Assembly: GCA_023667245.1 (NCBI GenBank)
Contig: JAMPAL010000002.1
Coordinates: 20,732 to 84,731, forward strand
Direction: 5' to 3'
DNA length: 64,000 nucleotides
From: Anaeroplasma bactoclasticum
GTDB lineage: Bacteria; Bacillota_I; Bacilli_A; ML615J-28; CAG-313
In this document: positions 10,048-20,439 of the stretch, piece after piece
How positions within the stretch are numbered: the first letter of the stretch is position 1
How the letters are laid out: the number at the start of each line of letters is the position of its first letter
Notes under the pieces: model-generated
Told to the model about the DNA's origin: nothing
What the model saw: the letters and a program-made list of their open reading frames with translations, nothing else
Database searches by the model: none
Made by a program: the position numbers and the translations under genes

Positions 10048-11322
10048 TTACTCCTTCATTGTTTCATCTATTTCCACTATTCTGCTATATTCTCTTAGTG
10101 GATATACACCATCATGTGCTTCACCTGAGACAATTCGCGACATATCCGCACTTGTAATTCGCACAACACCCGATGCATATATAACTTTTGCTAATTCCTC
10201 TTTTTGAGCATCACTACAAAGCAGTCCACATGTTTGTAAATGGCTTTTATACTTTTTTAGTTTTAAAATCAGCTGCTGATGGGGAAGAGGTTTGATCCAA
10301 ACATTCCGAAATAAGTACGAAAGCGTTAATTCTTGATCTTCCAAAAGAGTAACACTTACGCCATCTTCACACCATATTTTTCGGTTTGGATGTTCTAATT
10401 GATCCGTGTATAACTGAATTGTATTTTTACCACGCATCCCCATATCAGCTTTTCCTACTTCTTGATTGACTTTTTTTAGAATTTGAAAAAAGCGATATCC
10501 AAATTCAGTCAATAAATGATTGTCTTCTGTGTCTACAAAAATGCCCTGGCAAGAAGAACAAAGAATTTGATTGGTATAACAAATATGATGTGCTAAGGCT
10601 TCCAATTGAGCATCTGTTGCATCTAGTGTAGCATATGCAAACGATAACTTATGCCCCCAAGGAATGACTTTGGTTGTGACACTAGCCATTTGATACGCTG
10701 CTTTTACTGCCAAATCTCCTCCCCACACCACAATGCCATCAGCTATATCCGCAAATTTTTTGAGCGTTTGTACTTCAGTAGAAGGCACATCAAATACATA
10801 AATGTAATCTTTTAATGTCGGCTCTACCTGAACGAGTTGAGCTAATAAATGAACGGATAAGCCACTATCACCACTAGGTAATTTCAAAATATTGATATTG
10901 CCTGCTAATAACCCTTCTATAACACTGAACGCAGGAAGAACATCTACATTCCCTGCCGCAATATGAAACAAAATTCCAAGGGGCTTGCGTAAACGAGTTG
11001 TCCCATTTTTTAGTTTCTGCATATGTGCATAATCTTCTCCCCATTCTACTTTGCACTTATAAATCAATTCCTCTTCTGAAAATAACTTGGCCATATCTAA
11101 AAAACGCTCATAGGGTACATTGGTACTTTTCAAAATAGGCAATATCAAATCATCAAATTCATGATGAATAACCCTTTGATATAGCACATCACAAGCATGT
11201 ATTACTTCATGGATTTGTGGCGTGTTCAATTGACAAAGGGTATAAAGACAATCTTCTTCTAAATGATTTAAAATTCTTTCTTGCTCTTTATTTTCTAATA
11301 TTTCGCCATGATATAATATCAT
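10048..11322 (-). CDS. LuxC-family acyl-CoA reductase
   Basis: 424 aa. The segment HIAAGNVDVLPAFSVIEGLLAGNINILKLPSGD matches the conserved LuxC core (aaGNvp...lK.sS). It sits next to a LuxE-like gene. Confidence 0.75.
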   Translation of the reverse strand: MILYHGEILENKEQERILNHLEEDCLYTLCQLNTPQIHEVIHACDVLYQRVIHHEFDDLILPILKSTNVPYERFLDMAKLFSEEELIYKCKVEWGEDYAHMQKLKNGTTRLRKPLGILFHIAAGNVDVLPAFSVIEGLLAGNINILKLPSGDSGLSVHLLAQLVQVEPTLKDYIYVFDVPSTEVQTLKKFADIADGIVVWGGDLAVKAAYQMASVTTKVIPWGHKLSFAYATLDATDAQLEALAHHICYTNQILCSSCQGIFVDTEDNHLLTEFGYRFFQILKKVNQEVGKADMGMRGKNTIQLYTDQLEHPNRKIWCEDGVSVTLLEDQELTLSYLFRNVWIKPLPHQQLILKLKKYKSHLQTCGLLCSDAQKEELAKVIYASGVVRITSADMSRIVSGEAHDGVYPLREYSRIVEIDETMKE

Positions 11323-11326
11323 CTCA

Positions 11327-12439
11327 TCACCTGTCTTTCAAAAGTTCAGCCGCTCCTGCAGCACATGTTACAATATCTTTCACTCCTACTCTTCCAATAA
11401 TCTCAAGCCAAGGAGACTCAATACCACATCCACATGGATCTGTATGTAATCTTCCCAAATCATCTGTCATTACACTGACTAGGGGTACACTGTCTACCAT
11501 AGGCGTAAGAAACTGAATTAATCCGATTTGATCATTACCTAGAGGCGCTAATGTATCTACATCTCTAATAATCACCCGACTATAAATGGGTATATGAAAA
11601 TGGTGATGCTTGCAATCTGTATATAGAATAGGATGTTCAACTGCACTAAAATATTCTACTATATGTTGGTCATCAATGCCCAAAACTTCATTCACCAATT
11701 GATAAAAGTCTTGTTTTTCAACCTTTTCCGCATAAAATTGTTTCCATCCTCCACCAACGGTCACCAAAGAACCTTTTGGCATTTTCAATCGAATGCCTTC
11801 TTCTTTCATTTGCTTGAGTAAAAAATAGGTGTAAGCTGGAAATCCAATGGTTCGAATAGGGCATTTCCCTTTACTATATTGGATGAAAGCTTGTTTTAAT
11901 CGCTCTAAATCCAAATGATATTCCCCGTTCCGATATGTCAATGCATAAATCCTACTCAAACTTGGTGCATAATAGGTAGATGCATACGCTGATTTAGAAA
12001 TAACGGTTTGATTATGTTTATTAGGTTCATAACCAAAAATAATATAGTGAACGGGCTTAATTTGTAATAAGTGATGATATTTTCCTACTCGAATCGCCAT
12101 TTGAAGTGCACGCTTTAAACTAGCTAGGTTGAATCCAAGTAATGATTTTTGACCACTAGTCCCACTAGAAGTAGCCCGAATAACCATTTTTCGATTTGGC
12201 ATAGAAAACATACGATGATGCTTAAAATATAGTGTAGGAATAAAAGGAATTTGTTCAATATCTTGATAGTTTTTCAAAGCGCTTGGATGAAACCCTAAAT
12301 CATCTAATAATTGCCTATATGCCTTACAGTGCTTATAATGATATTCACAACACTCCCGTATTGCCTTGAAAAATAGGGTGTTGGTTTGATCTATATCATA
12401 TAATTTCTTATACCTAAATAATTGATTTCGATAAGACAT
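11327..12439 (-). CDS. LuxE-family acyl-protein synthetase (adenylate-forming)
   Basis: 370 aa, a LuxE-like length. It carries the adenylation motif ATSSGTSGQKS and lies 4 nt upstream of the LuxC-like gene. Confidence 0.75.
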   Translation of the reverse strand: MSYRNQLFRYKKLYDIDQTNTLFFKAIRECCEYHYKHCKAYRQLLDDLGFHPSALKNYQDIEQIPFIPTLYFKHHRMFSMPNRKMVIRATSSGTSGQKSLLGFNLASLKRALQMAIRVGKYHHLLQIKPVHYIIFGYEPNKHNQTVISKSAYASTYYAPSLSRIYALTYRNGEYHLDLERLKQAFIQYSKGKCPIRTIGFPAYTYFLLKQMKEEGIRLKMPKGSLVTVGGGWKQFYAEKVEKQDFYQLVNEVLGIDDQHIVEYFSAVEHPILYTDCKHHHFHIPIYSRVIIRDVDTLAPLGNDQIGLIQFLTPMVDSVPLVSVMTDDLGRLHTDPCGCGIESPWLEIIGRVGVKDIVTCAAGAAELLKDR

Positions 12440-12622
12440 ATAACCTCCTTATGCTCCTTTTGGTTCGTCATTGTATCTTAGCATTATTATAACATTTTTA
12501 TTTCAATTTGAGCAACGAATTCAATAAAAATGATGTTCTAAATCTCATTTTCTTTTCTTCTCTTTTCTACTTTTATTATACCCATTTAAGAAATTAGTAA
12601 TTACAATCAATTGAATATGTAT

Positions 12623-12658
12623 AAAAAAGCATAGATTTACATATTGCAAATCTATGCT
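12623..12658. terminator. Strong hairpin terminator ending the surface-protein cluster
   Basis: Stem agcatagattt (12628-12638) pairs with aaatctatgct (12648-12658). An A6 run upstream gives a T-run on the minus strand, and there is a T-rich tail on the plus strand. Confidence 0.6.
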
Positions 12659-12690
12659 TTGTTTTATTTATACTAGTAATGATAAAAATA

Positions 12691-15600
12691 TTACTCAGTT
12701 TCTACTTCTACTTTTGTAATTGTCGCTACACCATTTTCATCGATGGTAATAGTATATTTCGTTTCTGCGGATAAAACTATCGTATATGTCTTTGTTTCTT
12801 CTGCGTATGTACATTCTCTTACTACATACTTGCCATTATTCAAACAAATCAACATAATTTGATTATCAACCACATCAAAATAATTTTTATTTTCACTATC
12901 ATAATAGGTAGTAGCAGATAATTCTTCCACTTGTAAACTTTCATAAGGCTGAACTACTTCTTGTTCTTCTTCAAGTGTTGAACCTTCTTTAGAAACTAAA
13001 TTCAATTTATAATACTTAGTTGATGTTATCTTTTCTTCTTCTGTTGTTCTAACAACATAATAACATACATTCTCAATTGTAAATACTTCAGAATATTCAA
13101 TCTTCTCTTCGCCCTTCATTAAATCAATCGCATACAATGAACCTGCAGAATAGTTTCTGTTATCTGATACAATCACACGTTCAACTGTCAATTGATAGTC
13201 ACCATCAGTGATAGTTTCTACCCTAGTTAGTGCTTGAATTTGATAAGCATACATATTGAATGATGAATGATTCTTCAGTGTAAAATATAATTTATATGTA
13301 TATCCATCAGTTCCTGTTAATAAAACTGTATACAATCCATTTTCATATGTATATGCAGATTTTTCTGTAGAAAGCAATTGTCCTTCTAAATCAAAGGCAC
13401 CGCTTCCTTCTAGGAAATCTAATTTTACATAATCTTCAAGTAAAGCACCATCTACATCATAAGTCTTGTATAGATAGAATACACCAAATTGATTAGTAAA
13501 GGCATTGGCATAGTTTGGACCAAGGAAAGAATAAAGCGTATAATAGATCTCTAAGTATGCATAAGGTAAGAATGAACGAATAAATCTTAAGTTAGTTACT
13601 TCATACTTACTATCAGTTTCACCATTTTCATTTTTTCCTGTAAATTTGGCATTAAAATCAAAACGATAATAACCCACCATGAAATACATTTCATATTCAC
13701 CATCAACCAATTCTCTAATTACTGTACACATATAATTTTGGCCATTGATTTTAACACTACCTGAAACAGCAAATGTATCTGATCCTGATGGTGTAAATGT
13801 TAACTCTTCAGTAGCCGCATACAATTCTGGATCTGAAGTAACTAGTACTGGATAATTATTGCTAGTTTCTGCTTTTCTAGTGAATGTAATCGCATAACCA
13901 TCATTGGCATAATAAGTTTCACCGCCATATGTTTTGACATCATCAAATTCACCAAAAATTTCTTCTACGAATCCATATTCATTTGCATTTGGATCTTCTG
14001 TATCTTGATGATAAATAATAACATCATCACCATTCATCGTATAATAATATCTCGTTTCATTATTGAAAATAGCGAATCCATATTGTGAGAATAAAAGTGA
14101 CTTTAAGTCTTCGGTGTAATAACCACGCGCAGTAAAGTTCTCTTCTATAATGGTTCCATTTTCTGGATTATACTTAAAGATATTGGCACTTGTTCCTTCA
14201 TTGTTTACATAATACAAGATGGAATCTGTGATAATCATATAAGTACCATTTTCAGCTACACCATTTTTATCAACCTTGGTTGCATTACCAATAGAATCTA
14301 ATTTCAATATAGACCAATCTTTTTCATTCAAATATGTGCTAACAACTTCTTTATTTTCAATGAAGAAAGAATTGAATACGGTAGAACCATAGGTATATGT
14401 TCCTAAGTAACCATATAGTGTTACATCTTGATTATCTTCAGTATATTGAATTGTATAATAATCATCTACTGATGAATATGTAGCATTTTCATCAATCACT
14501 ACTTCTACAGCATTGCCTTCTGCATCATATTCAAATGTAAATACTTTAACTTTACCATAACCATCTATTGAAAGATATATGCCTTTTGTACCTTGATTAT
14601 ATATAACAATATAAGTACCATACTCAGGGCCACGTGCTGTAAATGTACGACCAGAAATATCAAAATAACGATAAGATGAATCTAGTGCAATTCGAATTAC
14701 ATTTTCTGAAACAACATTATAGATTCCTGAATAGGTATTACCTTCCATATCTGTATATGTACCGAATAATGAATATCCATCTAAATATAGTGTACCATCA
14801 TTTGATTTGTATGTACCATAATATTCACCATAATATGGGAATACAAATAAATTTTGCGAAAGAGTAATTTGTAAGAATTTAAATGTTTTTTCTTCTGATG
14901 TGAATTGATATACTTGGAATTCTTGTTCAGTTTTTTCATCTAGTTGAGTAACTGTACCTTCAATAGTGTGTTGAACAGCCTCTTCTTTTTTATCTTCGCC
15001 TTCTCCAACCCATTCAGTCACATAATATACATAGATTGCATTACCTTTTCCATCAAATGTTACAAACTCTTGTTTAGAATATGTTCCATCACCCATTACA
15101 ACATATGCACTATACGGTGCATGATTTAAAGCAACAAACGTTTTATTTTCTTCATCAATTTCAAGATAAAGCGAGCCTTGACTAGTTGTAACTGTAGTTA
15201 AACCATCTTTTGTTGCATATGTTCCAACAATTGTATTTTCGCCATTAGAGATAATAGCAAGTCCTGCAACTAATTTTAAAGTTAAGCCATCAGTTGAAGT
15301 ATAGTCTACATCATATGATGTTGTTTCATCACCCACTGTAACAGAATACCAATAATTGATTGGATATTGAGTTGAAGTTGAATCTAATCCAAATACAATT
15401 GATTTCACTGTTTTCAAATCAATGATATCATCGATTACTTCTTTGTCATAAACTTCTTCTGTTACAAATGTATATAATCCTGTAACTGCATCATATTCAT
15501 ATGCACCTTGTAAAATTAATTCATAAGTCTTTGATGATGTATACCCATAAATAGAAGCAATTCCTGGTGCAAAATCATTGATGACAATCAAAGGAGCATA

Positions 15601-17616
15601 GAAAAATCCATCCACATTTTTATAATAATATTCTGCATATCCTGCTGGTTTCTTGACAAATTCATATACAATTTTAGTTACGGTTTCTTCACCTACTATG
15701 ATTTCCTCTGTATGTGAATTGATCATAAATGTATAAGTTTTTCCAGAATCTGTGAAAGTTAGAATCTTTCCACCAAAAACAGAATTACTAACTACATAAT
15801 TGCCAATAGCGATATTCCCATCTTTGTCGGTATATTCAGCCACATGTAATCCATCTAATACAAGTTTTTCGCCCTCTTCACCATTGATAGTAAGGTCTAA
15901 GTCTTCATCGTATACCATATATCCATTTTTGCCATTTACTTTCATAACACGGCAAACACCAAATACAGCACCTTTAGAAGTAGTCAAAATTAATTCTTTT
16001 GTAATTGGATCATATGTATATGCATATGTGCTAGCACCATTACCAGTATTATATATAGCTGTACCAAAACCATTTAAGATTAACTGATAAGCAGCGGTAA
16101 AATAAGTAAGATCGCCATTATAAACTGCAAAGCGAACCAATTCTCCTAAGTTAAATTCCTCATCATTTCTCAGTTGGAAAGCATCCATCTTTACATTCTC
16201 TAAGGTTACAGTACCAATGACAAAAGTTAACGTTTCTCCAGCAAGACTACCATCTGTAAAAGTTGCGGTATAAAAGCCATTTTCATCGATAACATAAGTT
16301 CCGTTTGATAATTTGGTTTGATTATTTTCATCTTTTTCAGAATAAGTAATACCGTTGTAAGCATCAAATAATATTTTAATATTCTCATTTAAACCAGAGC
16401 CTACTTTATAAAGGGATGCCGAATACTCATCTCTTGATGCATCAAAGTATGTAAATGTGCCATTATCAAATAATTTACCTTCAAGATTTTCATAATCATT
16501 GTAGAAAATAAATGAACCATCTTCATAATAGTCACCAACAAAATACACACCCTCACGTGATAAATAAACCTTTTGCGTATCTTTTTCTAAGAAAATATAG
16601 TCATGACCATCAAACATATCCGTATATCCTTTATTCCATATCGCATAAAGGGTTGTATTTTTTTCTGCACCAATTTTTACAACATCAAATGTAACATCTT
16701 CTTTTTTGTTGATTGGTAAGTTTTCAATGTAATGAGCGGGGTACATCACCTCACCATCAGGGCTTGTAGACCATCCTAATAAATAATATCCTTTACACAA
16801 ATAGGTGTTGTCTGGAAGTTCTGTTTTGAGTCCATATATAACATCTTTTGTAACTAATGTATTTTCATATCCTTCTACAGGATAATTGCTATAGAATGAA
16901 ATTGTATATGTATCACGATCATAATATAAGCGCATAACATTATCTGATGCATTTTCAGTAACTTGAATAGAATCAACTGTGTCTTCTTTATTTACTAAGG
17001 TAAAACCAGTATAGGCTGTATTTGCATTCAATAATTTACCAATATAAGCAAAATCAGTAATTTTTTCTAATTCATAACCATTTAAATCTAAATTTTGTTT
17101 ATAAACCTCTATTGTATATTCTGCTTTGTATTGCGCTTTTACTGTGACACCATCAGCAGTCAGTTTGTTTGTTGCATTCAATTCAACACCATTGATAAAC
17201 CAGCCACCAAACACAACACCATTCTTAGAAGGAGTTATGCCACTTAAAAGTTGAGCAATACTTTCTCCTTCTTTACCATAAACTACCGTTGTGTTGCATG
17301 TGCCACCATTGGCATCAATTGTAATTTTACTTAACTGTGTCCATTTTGCGTATACTATTGTATTACCTGTTATGGTAATATTGGTAATCGCATCCCCCGT
17401 AAAATCACTATTTATATACCATCCTTCAAACTCATAACCTTCTTTTGAAGGAGTAGGTAAGGTATAGTCTGTTTTATTCTTTATCGTTACTGTACTAATG
17501 TCAGTACCCCCATTGGTTATAAATTCTAGTTTAAACTTTTTCTTACAACTTGTTGTTGTTAAAAGAAATGCAAAGCATACTAGAACGAATATAATTCTAA
17601 TTTTTGACTTTTTCAC
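12691..17616 (-). CDS. Giant surface lipoprotein (1641 aa): three N-terminal Flg_new (Listeria-Bacteroides) repeats plus about 1350 aa of uncharacterised Tyr/Thr/Gly-rich beta-type sequence
   Basis: Signal peptide with lipobox TTSC. Flg_new signatures are GYEFEGWY, VVFGGWF and GYYLLGWS. The remainder has no motif I recognise and shows recurrent G-T/N-Y ... T-F/Y segments. Confidence 0.85.
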   Translation of the reverse strand: MKKSKIRIIFVLVCFAFLLTTTSCKKKFKLEFITNGGTDISTVTIKNKTDYTLPTPSKEGYEFEGWYINSDFTGDAITNITITGNTIVYAKWTQLSKITIDANGGTCNTTVVYGKEGESIAQLLSGITPSKNGVVFGGWFINGVELNATNKLTADGVTVKAQYKAEYTIEVYKQNLDLNGYELEKITDFAYIGKLLNANTAYTGFTLVNKEDTVDSIQVTENASDNVMRLYYDRDTYTISFYSNYPVEGYENTLVTKDVIYGLKTELPDNTYLCKGYYLLGWSTSPDGEVMYPAHYIENLPINKKEDVTFDVVKIGAEKNTTLYAIWNKGYTDMFDGHDYIFLEKDTQKVYLSREGVYFVGDYYEDGSFIFYNDYENLEGKLFDNGTFTYFDASRDEYSASLYKVGSGLNENIKILFDAYNGITYSEKDENNQTKLSNGTYVIDENGFYTATFTDGSLAGETLTFVIGTVTLENVKMDAFQLRNDEEFNLGELVRFAVYNGDLTYFTAAYQLILNGFGTAIYNTGNGASTYAYTYDPITKELILTTSKGAVFGVCRVMKVNGKNGYMVYDEDLDLTINGEEGEKLVLDGLHVAEYTDKDGNIAIGNYVVSNSVFGGKILTFTDSGKTYTFMINSHTEEIIVGEETVTKIVYEFVKKPAGYAEYYYKNVDGFFYAPLIVINDFAPGIASIYGYTSSKTYELILQGAYEYDAVTGLYTFVTEEVYDKEVIDDIIDLKTVKSIVFGLDSTSTQYPINYWYSVTVGDETTSYDVDYTSTDGLTLKLVAGLAIISNGENTIVGTYATKDGLTTVTTSQGSLYLEIDEENKTFVALNHAPYSAYVVMGDGTYSKQEFVTFDGKGNAIYVYYVTEWVGEGEDKKEEAVQHTIEGTVTQLDEKTEQEFQVYQFTSEEKTFKFLQITLSQNLFVFPYYGEYYGTYKSNDGTLYLDGYSLFGTYTDMEGNTYSGIYNVVSENVIRIALDSSYRYFDISGRTFTARGPEYGTYIVIYNQGTKGIYLSIDGYGKVKVFTFEYDAEGNAVEVVIDENATYSSVDDYYTIQYTEDNQDVTLYGYLGTYTYGSTVFNSFFIENKEVVSTYLNEKDWSILKLDSIGNATKVDKNGVAENGTYMIITDSILYYVNNEGTSANIFKYNPENGTIIEENFTARGYYTEDLKSLLFSQYGFAIFNNETRYYYTMNGDDVIIYHQDTEDPNANEYGFVEEIFGEFDDVKTYGGETYYANDGYAITFTRKAETSNNYPVLVTSDPELYAATEELTFTPSGSDTFAVSGSVKINGQNYMCTVIRELVDGEYEMYFMVGYYRFDFNAKFTGKNENGETDSKYEVTNLRFIRSFLPYAYLEIYYTLYSFLGPNYANAFTNQFGVFYLYKTYDVDGALLEDYVKLDFLEGSGAFDLEGQLLSTEKSAYTYENGLYTVLLTGTDGYTYKLYFTLKNHSSFNMYAYQIQALTRVETITDGDYQLTVERVIVSDNRNYSAGSLYAIDLMKGEEKIEYSEVFTIENVCYYVVRTTEEEKITSTKYYKLNLVSKEGSTLEEEQEVVQPYESLQVEELSATTYYDSENKNYFDVVDNQIMLICLNNGKYVVRECTYAEETKTYTIVLSAETKYTITIDENGVATITKVEVETE

Positions 17617-17649
17617 TTTTTTTCTCCTTATATTTTTTTAAAAGAAACA

Positions 17650-20433
17650 TCAATTTTCATCAGCATAAATAGCTGTTAATGTACAATCTTTATCAATATT
17701 CACTACATCTTCATTTGTATATGTTGTATTGTTTTCGTCTTGCCAATAGGCAACTGTTTTCCCATTTGTAACTGGACTATGAATACCATTTGATGCCTTT
17801 CTATTTTGGAATGTAGCATTAGAAATGGAAATAGAAACTACGTTATTATGTTCATCAAATTCTACTCCCCAAAATATTGGACGATACAATGAATTAAATC
17901 GATTATGCCATTCTCCTAGTATCGATTTTGCATCTGTATAGATGGTTAGATTTTTACATCCATAAAAACAGTGTTGACCAATTACCTTAATATGTTCACG
18001 AAGAATAATCGATTGAAGATTCGTCATTCCTTTGAATGCATAATTGCCAATAGATTCTAAAGCATCATTCAAAGTAACTGATTCAACCAATGCTAACCCT
18101 GAGAATGCATAATCTTCAATTGATTTTAAATTGCTGCCTAATTGTAGCGTTACTACGTTTGAACAATTATAAAATGCAGCTTTTCCAATTTTTTCGACAC
18201 CATCTGGAATTTGAATACCAGTTAAATTAGCACAATAAGCAAATGCATACTCTGAAATTTCTTTTAATTGATTGTTGAATACTATAGTTGTCAATAACTC
18301 ACATTTGTAGAATGCTTTTTCCCCAATCGCTTTGAGGTTATCTGTAAATACAACATTGGTTAAACCATTGCATTTATAAAAGGCATAATCACCTATAGAA
18401 GTTAGTGCTTTACTTAACTTTAATTCTTGAATATAAGAACTATAAAATGCACTACGACCAATAGATTCACAATTGGTTTCACTTAAATCTACTTCTGCTA
18501 ATGAAGAACATTTATAAAAGGCATAATCACCAATTTCTTTTAATGTTCTTGGCATAGAAACTTTTAATAAAGAGGAGCAGCCAAAAAATGTTTTTTCACG
18601 AATTTCTGTTAAATTTCGATTAAATGTAACACTTGCTAATTTGGAGCAGCCATAAAATGCCCCTTTACCGATATAACGACAACTGCTCAATCCTTGAATC
18701 GATGAAAGCGTTTCACAATCAGAGAAAGCATAATCACCAATACCCGCTACACGTTCAGCATCGAATTGTAAGACAATACTACCTAAATTATTTGCGTTAT
18801 AACCGACAACCCAGTTTCCCGCATAAACGATACCATCGTTATCACGAGGAGAATTCCAAAGTTTCGTATTATAAAATGCATATGCACCAATACTGGTTAC
18901 CGTTTCAGGAATCCAAGTGTATGGCGAAAGCGTATTATTGTTCAACTGAGTATTATTACAAAAAGCATATTGACCAATTGTTTTTAGCCCTATTCCTAAT
19001 GATATATTGGTTAGGGCACAGTTGGTAAATGCATAATCACCAATTGAAATAATACTATTATCTAATGTTCTAATCTTCCATAAACTTGTACAATTATAAA
19101 AGGCACGTTCACCAATATATTTAAAAGACGCGGGAAGAACAACTGTTTTCAATTCTGGGCATTGATAGAAAGTCCAATCAGCAACACCTACAATTGTATT
19201 CTTTAATGTTTCTGTATTAATTTCTTCTAATGTTTCAATAAATTTTCGGTTAAAATCGATTAACCAATTATCCGCATAAATAAACTGTTCATCATTATCA
19301 ATCGCTGTTTGATATAATTTCGTATTCAAAAAGGCATTTACTCCAACATTTGTTACTGAATCAGCAATTGTAACGGTTTCAAGTAAACTACAACCTTGAA
19401 ATGCGCCTTGATAAATGGCTTCCACACCTTGAGGAACATTTAACTCAGTCAAGGCAGTACAGCCACTAAATGACTCCATGCCAAGTGATTTTACATTTGT
19501 TTCATCCGAAAAAGAAATTGTTGCAAGTGAAGTACACATATTGAAACAATAATTAGGAATAGCCTTTACATTTTTTCCAATGTATAGTGTTTTCAAAGCT
19601 GTACAAGCGGAAAACGCATATTCATCTATCGTTGCTACGCTATCTGGAATATCCACTTCAAGAAGAGAGGAACAATCTTGAAAGCAAGAAGCGCCTATCT
19701 TTTTAACTTGATTACCTATTTTTACACTCTCTAATTTACGACAATATGCAAATGAAAAATCGGGAAGTTCCGTAATTGAAAAAGGAATTTCAATTGATTT
19801 TAAACTACGACAAGATTGAAAACAAGATGCTCCAATTGATTTTACCGAAGTGGGAATATATACCTTTTCTAACTTGCTACAGTTATAAAATGCATTTTCA
19901 CCGATGGAAATGACATTATTACCGATGGTTACATCTACAATTCTTGTACTTCCTTTAAACGCATTTTTGGCAATTTCAGTAACCGCTTTTCCTCGGTAAA
20001 AATCCTCAATGACAAACGCTCCATTGGCTTTGCCTACTTTTGCAATTTGGTATTCAGTATCGTTATTAATCAGTTTATAAACACAACCATTTTCATAATA
20101 TTTATGGAATAATATTTTTTCTGAATATTCTGAATCTTTTCTTTTTTTACTTCCACTATTGGCTTGGACTGTAATTTCATAATCGCCTACTTCTATTTCA
20201 TCTAAACTATAGGATGTTTTTCGTGTTGTATCTACAATAGTTGTATCCAAATCTACATAATAAAGAGAAACCGTATAAGTTTTAGCTTCATCAACGCTAT
20301 CCCATATTAATCTATTATCTGAATCGACTGTAATATTTTGTGGAACAGCTAATTTCTTTTTATTGATACATCCAGTAAGACTAAAGATAAAAACGATTAA
20401 AAATAATGCATATAAATAATTTATTTTTTTCAT
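17650..20433 (-). CDS. Surface lipoprotein with BspA-type leucine-rich repeats (927 aa)
   Basis: Lipobox LTGC. An N-terminal Fn3-like module (LIWDSVDEAKTYTVSL) is followed by about 30 repeats of the I-x-I-P-x-S-V-x-x-I-G-x-x-A-F-x-x-C-x-x-L type. Confidence 0.9.
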   Translation of the reverse strand: MKKINYLYALFLIVFIFSLTGCINKKKLAVPQNITVDSDNRLIWDSVDEAKTYTVSLYYVDLDTTIVDTTRKTSYSLDEIEVGDYEITVQANSGSKKRKDSEYSEKILFHKYYENGCVYKLINNDTEYQIAKVGKANGAFVIEDFYRGKAVTEIAKNAFKGSTRIVDVTIGNNVISIGENAFYNCSKLEKVYIPTSVKSIGASCFQSCRSLKSIEIPFSITELPDFSFAYCRKLESVKIGNQVKKIGASCFQDCSSLLEVDIPDSVATIDEYAFSACTALKTLYIGKNVKAIPNYCFNMCTSLATISFSDETNVKSLGMESFSGCTALTELNVPQGVEAIYQGAFQGCSLLETVTIADSVTNVGVNAFLNTKLYQTAIDNDEQFIYADNWLIDFNRKFIETLEEINTETLKNTIVGVADWTFYQCPELKTVVLPASFKYIGERAFYNCTSLWKIRTLDNSIISIGDYAFTNCALTNISLGIGLKTIGQYAFCNNTQLNNNTLSPYTWIPETVTSIGAYAFYNTKLWNSPRDNDGIVYAGNWVVGYNANNLGSIVLQFDAERVAGIGDYAFSDCETLSSIQGLSSCRYIGKGAFYGCSKLASVTFNRNLTEIREKTFFGCSSLLKVSMPRTLKEIGDYAFYKCSSLAEVDLSETNCESIGRSAFYSSYIQELKLSKALTSIGDYAFYKCNGLTNVVFTDNLKAIGEKAFYKCELLTTIVFNNQLKEISEYAFAYCANLTGIQIPDGVEKIGKAAFYNCSNVVTLQLGSNLKSIEDYAFSGLALVESVTLNDALESIGNYAFKGMTNLQSIILREHIKVIGQHCFYGCKNLTIYTDAKSILGEWHNRFNSLYRPIFWGVEFDEHNNVVSISISNATFQNRKASNGIHSPVTNGKTVAYWQDENNTTYTNEDVVNIDKDCTLTAIYADEN

Positions 20434-20439
20434 ACGGCA

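Noticed and set aside
8336-12439. A bioluminescence (lux) operon.
   Set aside because: Only LuxC- and LuxE-like genes are present. No luxA/luxB luciferase or luxD thioesterase-like ORF exists in the cluster or anywhere in the window.
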